Source: Gemmatimonadota bacterium (lineage in GTDB: Bacteria; Gemmatimonadota; Gemmatimonadetes; Gemmatimonadales; Gemmatimonadaceae). Taken from it: DNA of 64,000 nt. A program made the position numbers and the translations under genes. Under the pieces are notes generated by a model. The model was not told where the DNA came from and made no database searches. It saw nothing but the letters and a program-made list of their open reading frames with translations. The stretch is taken from contig JACREJ010000025.1 of the NCBI GenBank assembly GCA_016218305.1, forward strand, positions 243-64,242, given 5' to 3'. Below, piece after piece: positions 21,323 through 30,234 of this stretch. Position 1 is the stretch's first letter; the number at the start of each line of letters is the position of its first letter.

Positions 21323-22567
21323 TCAGGCCCGGAACCGGGTGAGCGCGAGCGAAGTGTTGTGCCCGCCGAAACCGGAGGAGTTGTTGAGCACCGCGCTCAC
21401 GGGACGCTTCACCGGCACGTTCGCCGTGCAGTCGAGGTCGCACTCGGGGTCCGGCGACTGCAGGTTGATGGTCGGCGGCACCACGCCATGATGAATGGCC
21501 AGCGTCGAGAAGATCGTCTCCACCGCCCCGGCGGCGCCCAGCATGTGCCCCGTACTCGACTTGGTGGAGCTGACGTTCACCCCCGACGCGTGCGCACCGA
21601 GCACCGCCTTGATGGCGCGGATCTCGTTGGGATCGTTCAGCGGCGTGGAGGTGCCGTGCGCGTTCACGTAATGCAGCTCGGCCGGCGAAATCCCGCCGTC
21701 CTCGAGTGCGCGGCGCATCGCCCGCTGCAGTCCCTCGTGGTTCTCCGGCTGACCCGTCAGGTGGTAGGCGTCGCCGGTCATGCCGAAACCCGCCACCTCG
21801 CCGTAGATGCGCGCCCCGCGTGCGCGCGCATGCTCCAGCTCCTCGAGTATCACCACGCCGCTCCCCTCGCCCAGCACGAACCCGTCGCGCGTGGCGTCGA
21901 ACGGACGCGAGGCCCGCGCCGGATCGTCGTTGCGGGTGGACAGCGCCTGCATGTTCGCAAACCCGGCCATCGACATGGCGGTCACCGACGCCTCGGCCCC
22001 GCCCGCGATCATGATGTCCGCGTCGCCGTACTGAATGGACCGGAACGAGATGCCAATGCCGTGCCCCGACGAGGCGCACGCCGACACCGTGCAGAAGTTC
22101 GGCCCCTTCGCCTGGTAGCGCATGGAGACGACGCCCGAGGCGATGTCACTGATGAACATCGGGATGAAGAACGGGGAGATGCGCCCCGGTCCCGACGTCA
22201 CCAGCACGGTGTGCTGCTCCTCGAACGTATTGATGCCGCCGATGCCGCTGGCGATGACCACGCCCGTACGAAGCGGGTCATACCCGGTTCCATCCCCGAG
22301 CCCGGCGTCGGTCATGGCCTGCGTGGCCGCCGCCACGGCGTACTGCGTGTACAAGTCGGACCGCTTGATCTCCTTGCGGTCCATGTACTGCGCCGGGTCA
22401 AACCCCTTCACCTCACAGGCAAACCGCACCTTGTGCTGGGTGGCATCGAAATGCGTGATGGGGGCGCCCCCCGACTTCCCGTCGAGCAACGCCTGCCACG
22501 TGCTCCCCACGTCGTTGCCGACGGGGGTGACGCATCCGAGACCAGTGACGACAACCCGGCGCTTCAT
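21323..22567 (-). CDS. fabF: 3-oxoacyl-ACP synthase II
   Basis: 414 aa. MKRRVVVTGLG, active-site ACASS, and HGTSTPLND/GHMLGAAG motifs. Confidence 0.96.
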   Translation of the reverse strand: MKRRVVVTGLGCVTPVGNDVGSTWQALLDGKSGGAPITHFDATQHKVRFACEVKGFDPAQYMDRKEIKRSDLYTQYAVAAATQAMTDAGLGDGTGYDPLRTGVVIASGIGGINTFEEQHTVLVTSGPGRISPFFIPMFISDIASGVVSMRYQAKGPNFCTVSACASSGHGIGISFRSIQYGDADIMIAGGAEASVTAMSMAGFANMQALSTRNDDPARASRPFDATRDGFVLGEGSGVVILEELEHARARGARIYGEVAGFGMTGDAYHLTGQPENHEGLQRAMRRALEDGGISPAELHYVNAHGTSTPLNDPNEIRAIKAVLGAHASGVNVSSTKSSTGHMLGAAGAVETIFSTLAIHHGVVPPTINLQSPDPECDLDCTANVPVKRPVSAVLNNSSGFGGHNTSLALTRFRA

Positions 22568-22571
22568 CGCG

Positions 22572-22808
22572 TCAGCCGATCTTCTGGTTCAGGTACGCGA
22601 TCGCATCGCCCACCGTGCGGAGCTTCTCGGCATCCTCATCGGGGATGTCGATGTTGAACTCCTTCTCGAATTCCATCACCAGTTCGACGATGTCGAGACT
22701 GTCGGCTCCGAGGTCCTCGATGAAGCTCGCTTCCGCCGTCAGCTTCTCGCGCTCGACGCCCAGTTCCTTCTCGATGATGTCCTTTACCTTGTCGCCATGG
22801 TCGGCCAT
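22572..22808 (-). CDS. acpP: Acyl carrier protein
   Basis: 78 aa. [19 protein letters not shown] phosphopantetheine site, with SD-like GAGAGGA upstream. Confidence 0.97.
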   Translation of the reverse strand: MADHGDKVKDIIEKELGVEREKLTAEASFIEDLGADSLDIVELVMEFEKEFNIDIPDEDAEKLRTVGDAIAYLNQKIG

Positions 22809-22870
22809 ACCGCGATCCTCTCGAACGTTGGAGTGGAGGGAAGACTTAATATAGTTGATGTCGCGTTCCG

Positions 22871-23602
22871 CTACATCACCATCCCGCCATCCACCACCAG
22901 GACCTGCCCGGTGATGTAGGCGGCCAGATCCGAGGCCAGGAAGGCCACCGCCCCGGCAATGTCCTTGGGCTCCCCAAGGCGCCCCAGCGGAATCTGGGAG
23001 GAGAGCGCCGTCCGGGCCTCCTCGTTCAGCTGGGCGGTCATGTCGGTCTGGATGTACCCGGGGGCCACGGCGTTCACCAGGATGTTCCGCGACGACAACT
23101 CCTTGGCCGCCGCCTTGGTGAACCCGATCAGGCCGGCCTTGGAGGCGGCGTAGTTGGCCTGCCCCTTGTTGCCGACCAGCCCCACGACGCTGGTGATGTT
23201 GATGATCCGGCCCCAGCGGCGCTTCATCATGCCGCGCTGGGCGGCGCGCGTGGCCACGAAGGCCGACCGCAGGTTGGTGGCCATTACGGCGTCCCAGTCC
23301 TCGTCCTTCATGCGCGCCATCAGGTTGTCCTTCGTGATGCCCGCATTGTTGACCAGGATATCCAGCTGGCCGAAAGCGTCCTCGACGGTCTGCACCAGCA
23401 TCGTCACCGAGGCCGGATCGCTCACGTCACAGGCGAACCCGCGCGCTTCGCCCAGCTCCTCGGCGACCTTCTCCGCAGTGGCGAGGTCACGCCCCACGAC
23501 GGCCACGCGTGCACCGCATGCAATCAGTCCCTCGGCGATGGCGCGGCCGATGCCGCGCGTGGAGCCGGTGACGAGGGCGGTTCTTCCGGTGAGAGAGATC
23601 AT
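22871..23602 (-). CDS. fabG: 3-oxoacyl-ACP reductase
   Basis: ORF trimmed to [19 protein letters not shown] (ATG 23602). NNAG and YAASK SDR motifs; 243 aa. Confidence 0.95.
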   Translation of the reverse strand: MISLTGRTALVTGSTRGIGRAIAEGLIACGARVAVVGRDLATAEKVAEELGEARGFACDVSDPASVTMLVQTVEDAFGQLDILVNNAGITKDNLMARMKDEDWDAVMATNLRSAFVATRAAQRGMMKRRWGRIINITSVVGLVGNKGQANYAASKAGLIGFTKAAAKELSSRNILVNAVAPGYIQTDMTAQLNEEARTALSSQIPLGRLGEPKDIAGAVAFLASDLAAYITGQVLVVDGGMVM

Positions 23603-23607
23603 GTGAG

Positions 23608-23635
23608 GCAGACGGGAGACGGGAGATGGGAGATG
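23608..23635. repeat. Heptamer array (gcagacg ggagacg ggagatg ggagatg) in the fabG leader
   Basis: 4 x 7 nt, starting 6 nt upstream of the fabG ATG. The mRNA strand is CCATCTCCCATCTCCCGTCTCCCGTCTGC. Confidence 0.8.
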
Positions 23636-23664
23636 GCGGGTACGACGGGTTTCGTGGCGCGACG

Positions 23665-24597
23665 CTACAACACTCCCAGCAGCGACTCCACCTCGGCCAC
23701 CGTGCCGCACGTCCGGGCGGCGTGGTTGGGCGCAAGGCGCTTGAGCAGCCCGGTGAGCACGTTGCCGGGCCCCATCTCGACGAAGGTAGCGCCGGGGTAC
23801 GCCGCCGCCATTGCCTGAATCACGCCGACCCAGCGCACCGGCGACGTGAGCTGGCGCAGCAGCAGGTCGCGTCCCGTCGCCGCGTCGGTCACGGGGGCAG
23901 CGGTGACGTTCGAGAAGACGGGCCAGGCCGGGGCGCTCCAGGCCGCCCGCCCCAGCGCCTCGCCCAGCCCGGCCTCGGCCGGCTGCATCAGGGGCGAGTG
24001 GAAGGCCCCGCTGACCTGCAAGCGCACTGCACGCTTGGCGCCGGCTGCCTTGGCCAGTTCCATGCCGCGCTCGACCCCGGCGACCTCGCCCGAAATGACC
24101 ACCTGCTCCAGCGCATTGTAGTTGGCGGGCACCACCACGCCGGCGGCGCTCGCCTCGGCGCAGATCTCGTCGATGGGACGCTGCAGTTCGCCGAGGATCG
24201 CGGCCATCGCGCCGGGCGTCTGGACGCCCGTTTCGTACATGAGCTCGCCGCGACGGCGCACGAGGCGCAGCGCATCGGCCAGCGGCAGCGCGCCCGCGGC
24301 GTGGTAGGCGGAGAACTCACCAAGTGAATGCCCGGCGGCGGCGACCACGTGTGATGCCGCGCGGTCCTTCACCACGGCCCACACGGCGGCGCCATGCGCA
24401 AGCAACGCGGGCTGCGCGTTGTGCGTCCGCGTCAGTTCCTCGGCCGGCCCCTCAAAGCAGAGCGTCGACAGTGGCGCCCCGAGCGCAGCATCCGCCTCCG
24501 CGAAGACGGCGCGTGCCGCGGGAAACTGCTCGGCGAGGTCCTTCGCCATGCCGGGCTTCTGCGAGCCCTGGCCCGGAAAGAGGAGGAGGAGTTGCAT
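23665..24597 (-). CDS. fabD: Malonyl CoA-ACP transacylase
   Basis: 310 aa. LFPGQGSQ and GHSLGE motifs. Confidence 0.95.
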   Translation of the reverse strand: MQLLLLFPGQGSQKPGMAKDLAEQFPAARAVFAEADAALGAPLSTLCFEGPAEELTRTHNAQPALLAHGAAVWAVVKDRAASHVVAAAGHSLGEFSAYHAAGALPLADALRLVRRRGELMYETGVQTPGAMAAILGELQRPIDEICAEASAAGVVVPANYNALEQVVISGEVAGVERGMELAKAAGAKRAVRLQVSGAFHSPLMQPAEAGLGEALGRAAWSAPAWPVFSNVTAAPVTDAATGRDLLLRQLTSPVRWVGVIQAMAAAYPGATFVEMGPGNVLTGLLKRLAPNHAARTCGTVAEVESLLGVL

Positions 24598-24603
24598 GCG
24601 CGG

Positions 24604-25593
24604 TTAGAAACGCACCACCAGACTGCCCCACGTGAAGCCGGCGCCGAACGCGACGAACATCACGGTCATCCCTTCCTTGATCCGCCCCGAGCGGAGCGCC
24701 TCGTCGAGCGCAATCGGGATGGACGCGGCCGACGTGTTGCCGTACCGGTCCACGTTCACGTAGACCTTGTCCATGCTCATGCCGGCGTGCTTCGCCGTCG
24801 CCTCGATGATGCGGATGTTCGCCTGGTGCGGGATGAGCAGGTCGATGTCGCTCGCCGCCAGCTTGGCTCCGTCGAGGGCACGGTCGCACGCGTCCGCCAT
24901 CGAGCGCACGGCGTTCTTGAAGACCTCGCGTCCCGCCATGCTGATGCAGTTGCTGCCGTCGGCGATGATCTCGGGCGTCACCGGGCGGAGCGAGCCACCG
25001 GCCTCGCGCTGGAGCAGGTCGGCCAGCGTGCCGTCGCTGCGCATGTAGGCCGACAGAATGCCGCGTCCCTTGGTGGAGCGCTTGACCACCGTGGCGCCGG
25101 CGCCGTCGCCGAACAGCACGCACGTATTGCGGTCCTTCCAGTTCACGATGCGCGAGAGCGTTTCGGAGCCGATGACCAGCACCGTCTCCGCGTCCCCCAT
25201 CGCCAGCAGGCCCTCGGCCATCTTCATGCCGTACACCCAGCCGCTGCACGCAGCCGAGATGTCGAACGCGGCCGCGCGCGTGGCGCCAATGGCGGCCTGC
25301 ACTTCCACGGCGGTGGCCGGGAGAAGCCGATCGGGCGAGGCGGTGCCGAGGATGATGATGTCCAGCTCGGGGGCCGTCACGCCCGCCGCCTTCATGGCCG
25401 CGCGGGCCGCTTCAGAGGAGAGCGAGGTCAGCGACTCCCCCTCGCCCGCGATGTAGCGCTGCTTGATACCGGTGCGCTCCACGATCCACTCGTCGCTGGT
25501 CTCGATGCCGAGCGCGGCAAACTCGTGGTTGGTCAGGATGCGCTTCGGCACGGCGTGGCCCGTGCCGGCGATCATCGCGAGCGGGCGCTTCAT
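24604..25593 (-). CDS. fabH: 3-oxoacyl-ACP synthase III
   Basis: ORF 24604..25899 trimmed to MKRPLAMIAGTG (ATG 25593, ATGA overlap with the plsX stop). AACSGW, HQAN and GNTSAAS motifs; 329 aa. Confidence 0.95.
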   Translation of the reverse strand: MKRPLAMIAGTGHAVPKRILTNHEFAALGIETSDEWIVERTGIKQRYIAGEGESLTSLSSEAARAAMKAAGVTAPELDIIILGTASPDRLLPATAVEVQAAIGATRAAAFDISAACSGWVYGMKMAEGLLAMGDAETVLVIGSETLSRIVNWKDRNTCVLFGDGAGATVVKRSTKGRGILSAYMRSDGTLADLLQREAGGSLRPVTPEIIADGSNCISMAGREVFKNAVRSMADACDRALDGAKLAASDIDLLIPHQANIRIIEATAKHAGMSMDKVYVNVDRYGNTSAASIPIALDEALRSGRIKEGMTVMFVAFGAGFTWGSLVVRF

Positions 25594-26615
25594 GGGGTGC
25601 TCCCTGCAGCAGTGGACGCCAGGCGCTGGCCGATGTGGTCGCTCATGCGCGAAACTGCGGTGCGCAGCCCCACGAGGATGCCGTTCTTGATCGCCTCCGG
25701 CGATGACTTCCCGTGGCAGATGATCGAGACGCCCTTTACGCCGAGCAGCGGCGCGCCGCCGTGCGCGGCGTAGTCGAGACCCTGCAGGGCGCCGGCAAGC
25801 TGTTCGCGGCTCACACCGCTCTTGGCGAGCAGGCCGAAGATCAGCTTGGGCACGCTCTCGTAGAACTTGAGCAGCACATTGCCGACGAACCCGTCGCACA
25901 CGACCACGTCCACCGGCCCGCGGTCGCAGGCGCCCATCGGGACGTCCCGTCCCTCGACGTTGCCGATGAAGTTGATCCCCTGCGCGGCGGCGAGTTCGCG
26001 ATGCGCTTCCTTCACCGCCGCATTCCCCTTCTCCGGCTCCTCGCCAATGGACAGCAAGGCGATGGCGGGATTGGGGCGTCCAAGGACGTCTTCCGCGTAC
26101 ACGGCGCCGAGACGGGCGAACTGCACGAGTTCTGCCGCCGAGCAGTCCACGTTGGCGCCGCTGTCGAGCACCACCACGGGCACGCGCGCACTCGGGAAGA
26201 GGGTCCCGATGGCCGGGCGCGTCAGCCCCTCGTGCAGGCGGAGGATGAAGGTGGTCGCGGCCATCTGCGCCCCCGTGTTTCCCGCGCTTACGAACGCGTC
26301 GGAGAGGCCCTCGGCCTGCAGGCGCAGGCCGACGGCCATGGAGCTATTGGGCTTGCCACGGATCGCGACCGACGGCTTGTCGGTCATCTCGATCACTTCG
26401 GCGGCCTCGACGACGGTCAGGCGATGCGCCTGGTCCCGGACAGCAGGCAATGCCGCGGCCAGCTGCGCGTCAAGCTCGGCGCGGATGACCTCGGGACGTC
26501 CGACCAGCTGGATGCCGTGCTCGGGGGCGAGTTCCTGAAGGGCGAGTAGGGCGCCCGCGATCGTCGCCGCAGGGGCGTGATCGCCGCCCATGGCGTCCAA
26601 CGCGATGCGCGCCAA
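25590..26615 (-). CDS. plsX: Phosphate acyltransferase PlsX
   Basis: ARIALDAMGGDHAP N-terminus. I favour TTG 26615, 2 nt after the rpmF stop. The ORF-track start 26666 would overlap rpmF by 49 nt. Confidence 0.88.
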   Translation of the reverse strand: MARIALDAMGGDHAPAATIAGALLALQELAPEHGIQLVGRPEVIRAELDAQLAAALPAVRDQAHRLTVVEAAEVIEMTDKPSVAIRGKPNSSMAVGLRLQAEGLSDAFVSAGNTGAQMAATTFILRLHEGLTRPAIGTLFPSARVPVVVLDSGANVDCSAAELVQFARLGAVYAEDVLGRPNPAIALLSIGEEPEKGNAAVKEAHRELAAAQGINFIGNVEGRDVPMGACDRGPVDVVVCDGFVGNVLLKFYESVPKLIFGLLAKSGVSREQLAGALQGLDYAAHGGAPLLGVKGVSIICHGKSSPEAIKNGILVGLRTAVSRMSDHIGQRLASTAAGSTP

Positions 26616-26617
26616 CG

Positions 26618-26800
26618 TCAGCTGTCCTTCTTGGTGACCCGCTGCTCGCCGGCGTAGAATCCACACTCAGGGCAGACGTGGTGCGGGCGCTTCTGCGCGC
26701 CGCACTTCGGGCAAGCCTGGATGTTGATCGCCGGGGCCTTCTTGTGCGTGTTGCGGGCCCGCTTCTTCCGCTTCGACGTTTTTCTCTTCGGGACGGCCAT
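26618..26800 (-). CDS. rpmF: 50S ribosomal protein L32
   Basis: 60 aa. MAVPKRKTSKRKKRARNTH and a CPKCG...CPECG zinc ribbon. Confidence 0.95.
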   Translation of the reverse strand: MAVPKRKTSKRKKRARNTHKKAPAINIQACPKCGAQKRPHHVCPECGFYAGEQRVTKKDS

Positions 26801-26823
26801 CGTCGTCTCGTGACAGGGTCAGT

Positions 26824-27348
26824 TCATTCGGGCGCGTCGCGGAGCTTCCGCAGCGCTTCCCATCGGGGATCGGTGTCCGGGGCGCACCCGCATGCCCCAG
26901 CGTTCAGGTCGGACCCGCACTTCGGACAGAAGCCCTCGCAGTCAGGGCGGCAGACCGGGAAATGCGGCACTTCGAGCAGCCACTGCTCCCGTACGGCGGG
27001 TCGCAGGTCAAGCACGTCGCCCCAGGTGTTTCCCAGGAGGAACACATCCGGATCGTCGTCGTCTTCACCGCCGGCGACCGCGAACAGCACGTGCACATCC
27101 ACGTCCACTGTCGACTCCACCGGAACCAGGCACCGCCGGCATTCTCCCAGCGACGCACCGCTGAGGTGACCGCTGAAGTAATACCGCCCAGTCCCCGCCG
27201 CCGAGAGGCGTCCGGTCACCCGGACCCCGTCGCGCAGCGGACGAAGATTGTCCGCTTCCATCCACACGTCATCATCAGGCGGCAGCACGGCGTCTACCGT
27301 GGCCGCTTCCTGTTCGAGCGAGCGGATGTCAAACGACAGCATAGCCAT
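26824..27348 (-). CDS. yceD: DUF177 / YceD-family large-subunit rRNA accumulation protein
   Basis: 174 aa. CxRCL...CRPDCEGFCPKCG Cys motifs, in the canonical position upstream of rpmF-plsX. Confidence 0.85.
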   Translation of the reverse strand: MAMLSFDIRSLEQEAATVDAVLPPDDDVWMEADNLRPLRDGVRVTGRLSAAGTGRYYFSGHLSGASLGECRRCLVPVESTVDVDVHVLFAVAGGEDDDDPDVFLLGNTWGDVLDLRPAVREQWLLEVPHFPVCRPDCEGFCPKCGSDLNAGACGCAPDTDPRWEALRKLRDAPE

Positions 27349-27350
27349 GT

Positions 27351-27379
27351 AAAGTAACCGGGGTGCGGCCTAGGGTCAA
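27351..27379 (-). promoter_or_regulatory. Sigma-70-type promoter of the yceD-rpmF-plsX-fab operon (abuts the start codon)
   Basis: Minus strand reads TTGACC-CTAGGCCGCACCCCGGT(17)-TACTTT, followed by AC then ATG GCT ATG. Confidence 0.45.
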
Positions 27380-27407
27380 GTTCTGGAATGGCTGATACTT
27401 AGCGCTC

Positions 27408-27553
27408 CTGAACCACCACCACGAGGAGCGAAGGGCGCGAAGGGCCGCGAAGCAGGTCCTACTAATGACCCAATTCGCCGTACCTGTCGCGCCCGACCAG
27501 GCGTCTCCCCCGCCTTCGCGCCCCGTCGTGCCCTTCGACCTTCGCGGTTGAAG
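27408..27553. repeat. REP/MITE-like palindromic element, copy A (imperfect ~40-nt inverted arms around a ~60-nt core)
   Basis: Left arm ctgaaccaccaccacgaggagcgaagggcgcgaagggccgcgaag. Right arm ccttcgcgccccgtcgtgcccttcgaccttcgcggttgaag, which ends on the base before the ndk stop codon. Confidence 0.7.
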
Positions 27554-27973
27554 TCAGACCAGCGCCGCCGCCCCGAAGAAGAACATCCCTTCAATGCGGG
27601 CGTTCTCGTCGGAGTCCGACCCATGCACGGCATTCTTGCCCTTGGATTCGGCGTACAGCTTGCGCACGGTGCCCTCGGCGGCCTCGGCCGGGTCTGTGGC
27701 GCCGATGGCGGCACGATAGGCGGCCACCGCGTCGGCCTTCTGCAGCACCAGCGGCATGCACGGGCCCGAGCTCATGAACTCGACCAGTTCGCCGTAGAAC
27801 GGGCGCCCCTGGTGCACCTCGTAGAACGCGCCGGCCTCGGCCTTGGTCATGTGGATGACGCGGGCGCAGATGACTTTGAAGCCCTGCCCCTCGAGGTGCG
27901 CGATGATCTTGCCTGCCTTTCCCGCGCCAAATGCGTCGGGCTTGATGATTGCGAGCGTGCGGTTGCCGGCCAT
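27554..27973 (-). CDS. ndk: Nucleoside diphosphate kinase
   Basis: ORF trimmed to [14 protein letters not shown] (ATG 27973). NAVHGSDS active-site His motif; 139 aa. Confidence 0.95.
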   Translation of the reverse strand: MAGNRTLAIIKPDAFGAGKAGKIIAHLEGQGFKVICARVIHMTKAEAGAFYEVHQGRPFYGELVEFMSSGPCMPLVLQKADAVAAYRAAIGATDPAEAAEGTVRKLYAESKGKNAVHGSDSDENARIEGMFFFGAAALV

Positions 27974-28007
27974 GGTCGTTGATTGCCTGAGGTTGGGGGG
28001 GAGACTC

Positions 28008-28100
28008 CCACCACCAAGGTCGAAGGGCGCGAAGGGCCGCGAAGGCTGCCGTGCCATGCACGTCCTTCGTGTCCCTTCGCGTCCTTCGTCCTTCGCGGTA
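28008..28100. repeat. REP/MITE-like palindromic element, copy B
   Basis: cccaccaccaaggtcgaagggcgcgaagggccgcgaagg, an 18-nt loop, then ccttcgtgtcccttcgcgtccttcgtccttcgcggta. It lies between the sucD stop and the ndk start. Confidence 0.7.
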
Positions 28101-28111
28101 GACGTTACAAA

Positions 28112-28984
28112 CTAGTTGAGCTTTGCCTTGATCAGATCCACGAAGTCCATCGGGCGCACGGCCACGCCGATCCCGGCCGCCTTGAACGCCTCGATCTTCT
28201 CCGCCGCCGTGCCGGCCGACCCGGAGATGATCGCGCCCGCATGGCCCATCCGGCGGCCCGGGGGCGCCGTCTGTCCCGCAATGAAGCCCACCACCGGCTT
28301 CTTCATGTGGTGCTTCACGAAATCCGCGGCTTCCTGCTCGTCCGTGCCGCCGATCTCGCCCATCATCGCCACGGCCTTGGTCTTCGGGTCCTTCTCGAAC
28401 GCCTCGAGGCAGTCGATGAAGTTGGTGCCGTTGATCGGGTCGCCGCCGATGCCGACGCACGTGGTCTGGCCGAGGCCGGCCCGCGTGAGCTGGTAGACGA
28501 CTTCATACGTGAGCGTGCCCGAGCGGCTGACGACGCCGACGTTGCCCGGCATGCAGATGCGTCCGGGGATGATGCCGACCTTCGACTCCCCTGGGGAGAT
28601 GATGCCGGGGCAGTTGGCGCCGAGGAGGCGCGCGCCGCGTTCCTTGACGAAGGGATAGACCTTGGTCATGTCGAGCACCGGCACGCCCTCGGTGATGCAC
28701 ACCACCATCGAGCAGCCGGCGTCGACCGCTTCCATGATGGCGTCGGCCGCGCCCATCGGCGGCACGTAGATGACCGAGGTGTTGGCGCCCGTCGCCGCCA
28801 CCGCGTCGTACACGGTGTTGAAGACCGGCACCTTGTCCTCGAACTTCTGGCCGCCCTTTCCGGGCGTGACGCCGGCCACGACGTTCGTGCCGTACTCCAT
28901 CATCTGCTTGGTATGGAACGAGCCGTCGCGGCCCGTGATCCCCTGCACCACCAGCTTGGTGTCCTTGTTGATGAAGATGCTCAC
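28112..28984 (-). CDS. sucD: Succinyl-CoA synthetase alpha subunit
   Basis: 290 aa. [11 protein letters not shown]-terminal region and the active-site His in GHAGAI. Confidence 0.97.
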   Translation of the reverse strand: MSIFINKDTKLVVQGITGRDGSFHTKQMMEYGTNVVAGVTPGKGGQKFEDKVPVFNTVYDAVAATGANTSVIYVPPMGAADAIMEAVDAGCSMVVCITEGVPVLDMTKVYPFVKERGARLLGANCPGIISPGESKVGIIPGRICMPGNVGVVSRSGTLTYEVVYQLTRAGLGQTTCVGIGGDPINGTNFIDCLEAFEKDPKTKAVAMMGEIGGTDEQEAADFVKHHMKKPVVGFIAGQTAPPGRRMGHAGAIISGSAGTAAEKIEAFKAAGIGVAVRPMDFVDLIKAKLN

Positions 28985-30126
28985 GCGGCCTGCCCTCCCT
29001 TCGCCAGCTTCACGGCCTTGATGACGGCCTCGTCCATGTCAGCCGACGCGGAGAAGCCGTTGTCGGTGAGGATCTTCATGGCGATCTCTTCGTTGGTGCC
29101 GGTGAGACGGATCACGATCGGCACCTGCAGCGGGTTCGCCTTGGTGGCCGTGACGATGCCGTTGGCCACGTCATCGGTGCGCGTGATGCCGCCGAAAATG
29201 TTGAACAGGATGCACTTCACGTTCGGGTCGGCGGTGATGATGCGCAGCGCGTTCACCACCTTCTCCGGGTTCGACGACCCGCCGATGTCGAGGAAGTTCG
29301 CGGGCTCGCCGCCGTAGTACTTGACGAGGTCCATGGTGGCCATCGCCAGCCCGGCGCCATTCACCACGCAGCCGACGTTGCCGTCGAGCTTGATGAACGT
29401 GAGGTTGTTGTTGCGCGCGTCCACTTCCGACGGCGCCTCCGACGACACGTCGCGCAGCGCCTCGACCTCGGGGCGGCGGTCGAGTTCGTTGTCGTCGATG
29501 ACCATCTTGCCGTCCACCGCGATGCACTCGCCCGTCGGCGTGGCGACCAGCGGGTTGATCTCGGCCAGCGAGCAGCCGCTCGCCATGAACGCCAGGTACA
29601 GCTGCTGCATGATCTTGGCCGCCTGCTTGGCGAGCTTCACGTCGCTGTACAGGAAGAAGCCCATGCGCATCGCTTCGTAGCTGCGCAGGCCGTAGCGCGT
29701 GTCCACCGGGAGGTAGAGGATCTTCTCCGGCGTCTCGGCCGCCACCTGCTCGATGTCGATGCCGCCCGCGGCGGACACCATGAAGACCGGCTTCTTGCGC
29801 TTGCGGTCCACGATGATGCCGACGTACGCCTCACTGCCGATGTCGGCGGCGACGGTGACGAGCACCTTCTCGACCGTCAGCCCCTTGATCTGCATGCCGA
29901 GGATTGCCGTCGCCTTCTCCTTCGCGTCGGCCGGCGTCTTGCAGAACTTCACGCCGCCCGCCTTGCCGCGGCCGCCGACGTGCACCTGCGCCTTCACCAT
30001 CACCGGCACGCCGTATTCCTTCGCGATCGCCTCGGCTTCCGCCGGCGTCGTCGCGACCTTGCCCTCAGGAACCGGCACGCCGAATCCCTTGAAGATTTGC
30101 TTTGCCTGGTACTCGTGTATGTTCAC
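28981..30126 (-). CDS. sucC: Succinyl-CoA synthetase beta subunit
   Basis: 381 aa. (M)[12 protein letters not shown]-terminus with a GTG start and an ATP-grasp fold. ATGA overlap with sucD. Confidence 0.97.
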   Translation of the reverse strand: MNIHEYQAKQIFKGFGVPVPEGKVATTPAEAEAIAKEYGVPVMVKAQVHVGGRGKAGGVKFCKTPADAKEKATAILGMQIKGLTVEKVLVTVAADIGSEAYVGIIVDRKRKKPVFMVSAAGGIDIEQVAAETPEKILYLPVDTRYGLRSYEAMRMGFFLYSDVKLAKQAAKIMQQLYLAFMASGCSLAEINPLVATPTGECIAVDGKMVIDDNELDRRPEVEALRDVSSEAPSEVDARNNNLTFIKLDGNVGCVVNGAGLAMATMDLVKYYGGEPANFLDIGGSSNPEKVVNALRIITADPNVKCILFNIFGGITRTDDVANGIVTATKANPLQVPIVIRLTGTNEEIAMKILTDNGFSASADMDEAVIKAVKLAKGGQAA

Positions 30127-30197
30127 GGGAACTCCGTGGGAGATGTCCGCGGCGCCGTCTGGCGCCGGTCGAAAACAACGTGCGAAATTTACCGCAG

Positions 30198-30218
30198 GGA
30201 GAGGGGCGACGGGAGTGC
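30198..30218. repeat. Degenerate G-rich heptamer array (ggagagg ggcgacg ggagtgc)
   Basis: Three 7-nt units related to the GGAGAYG family, in the sucC leader / UPF0182 3' region. Confidence 0.4.
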
Positions 30219-30234
30219 GCGCGCCCCGCGGATC

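Noticed and set aside
22809-22870. Internal promoter for acpP (TATATT at about 22848..22853 on the minus strand)
   Set aside because: The -10-like hexamer is good, but no acceptable -35 lies 16-18 nt upstream (the best candidate is ATGTAG). It is too weak to list as a feature, although an acpP-specific promoter would be biologically reasonable.
27376-27714. Small ORFs containing the peptide RPFAPF (27376..27714, the start of 27554..28057, 48858..49562)
   Set aside because: The shared peptide is only the translation of the GAAGGGCGCGAAGGG repeat element. The ORFs have no coding signature and overlap intergenic repeats.
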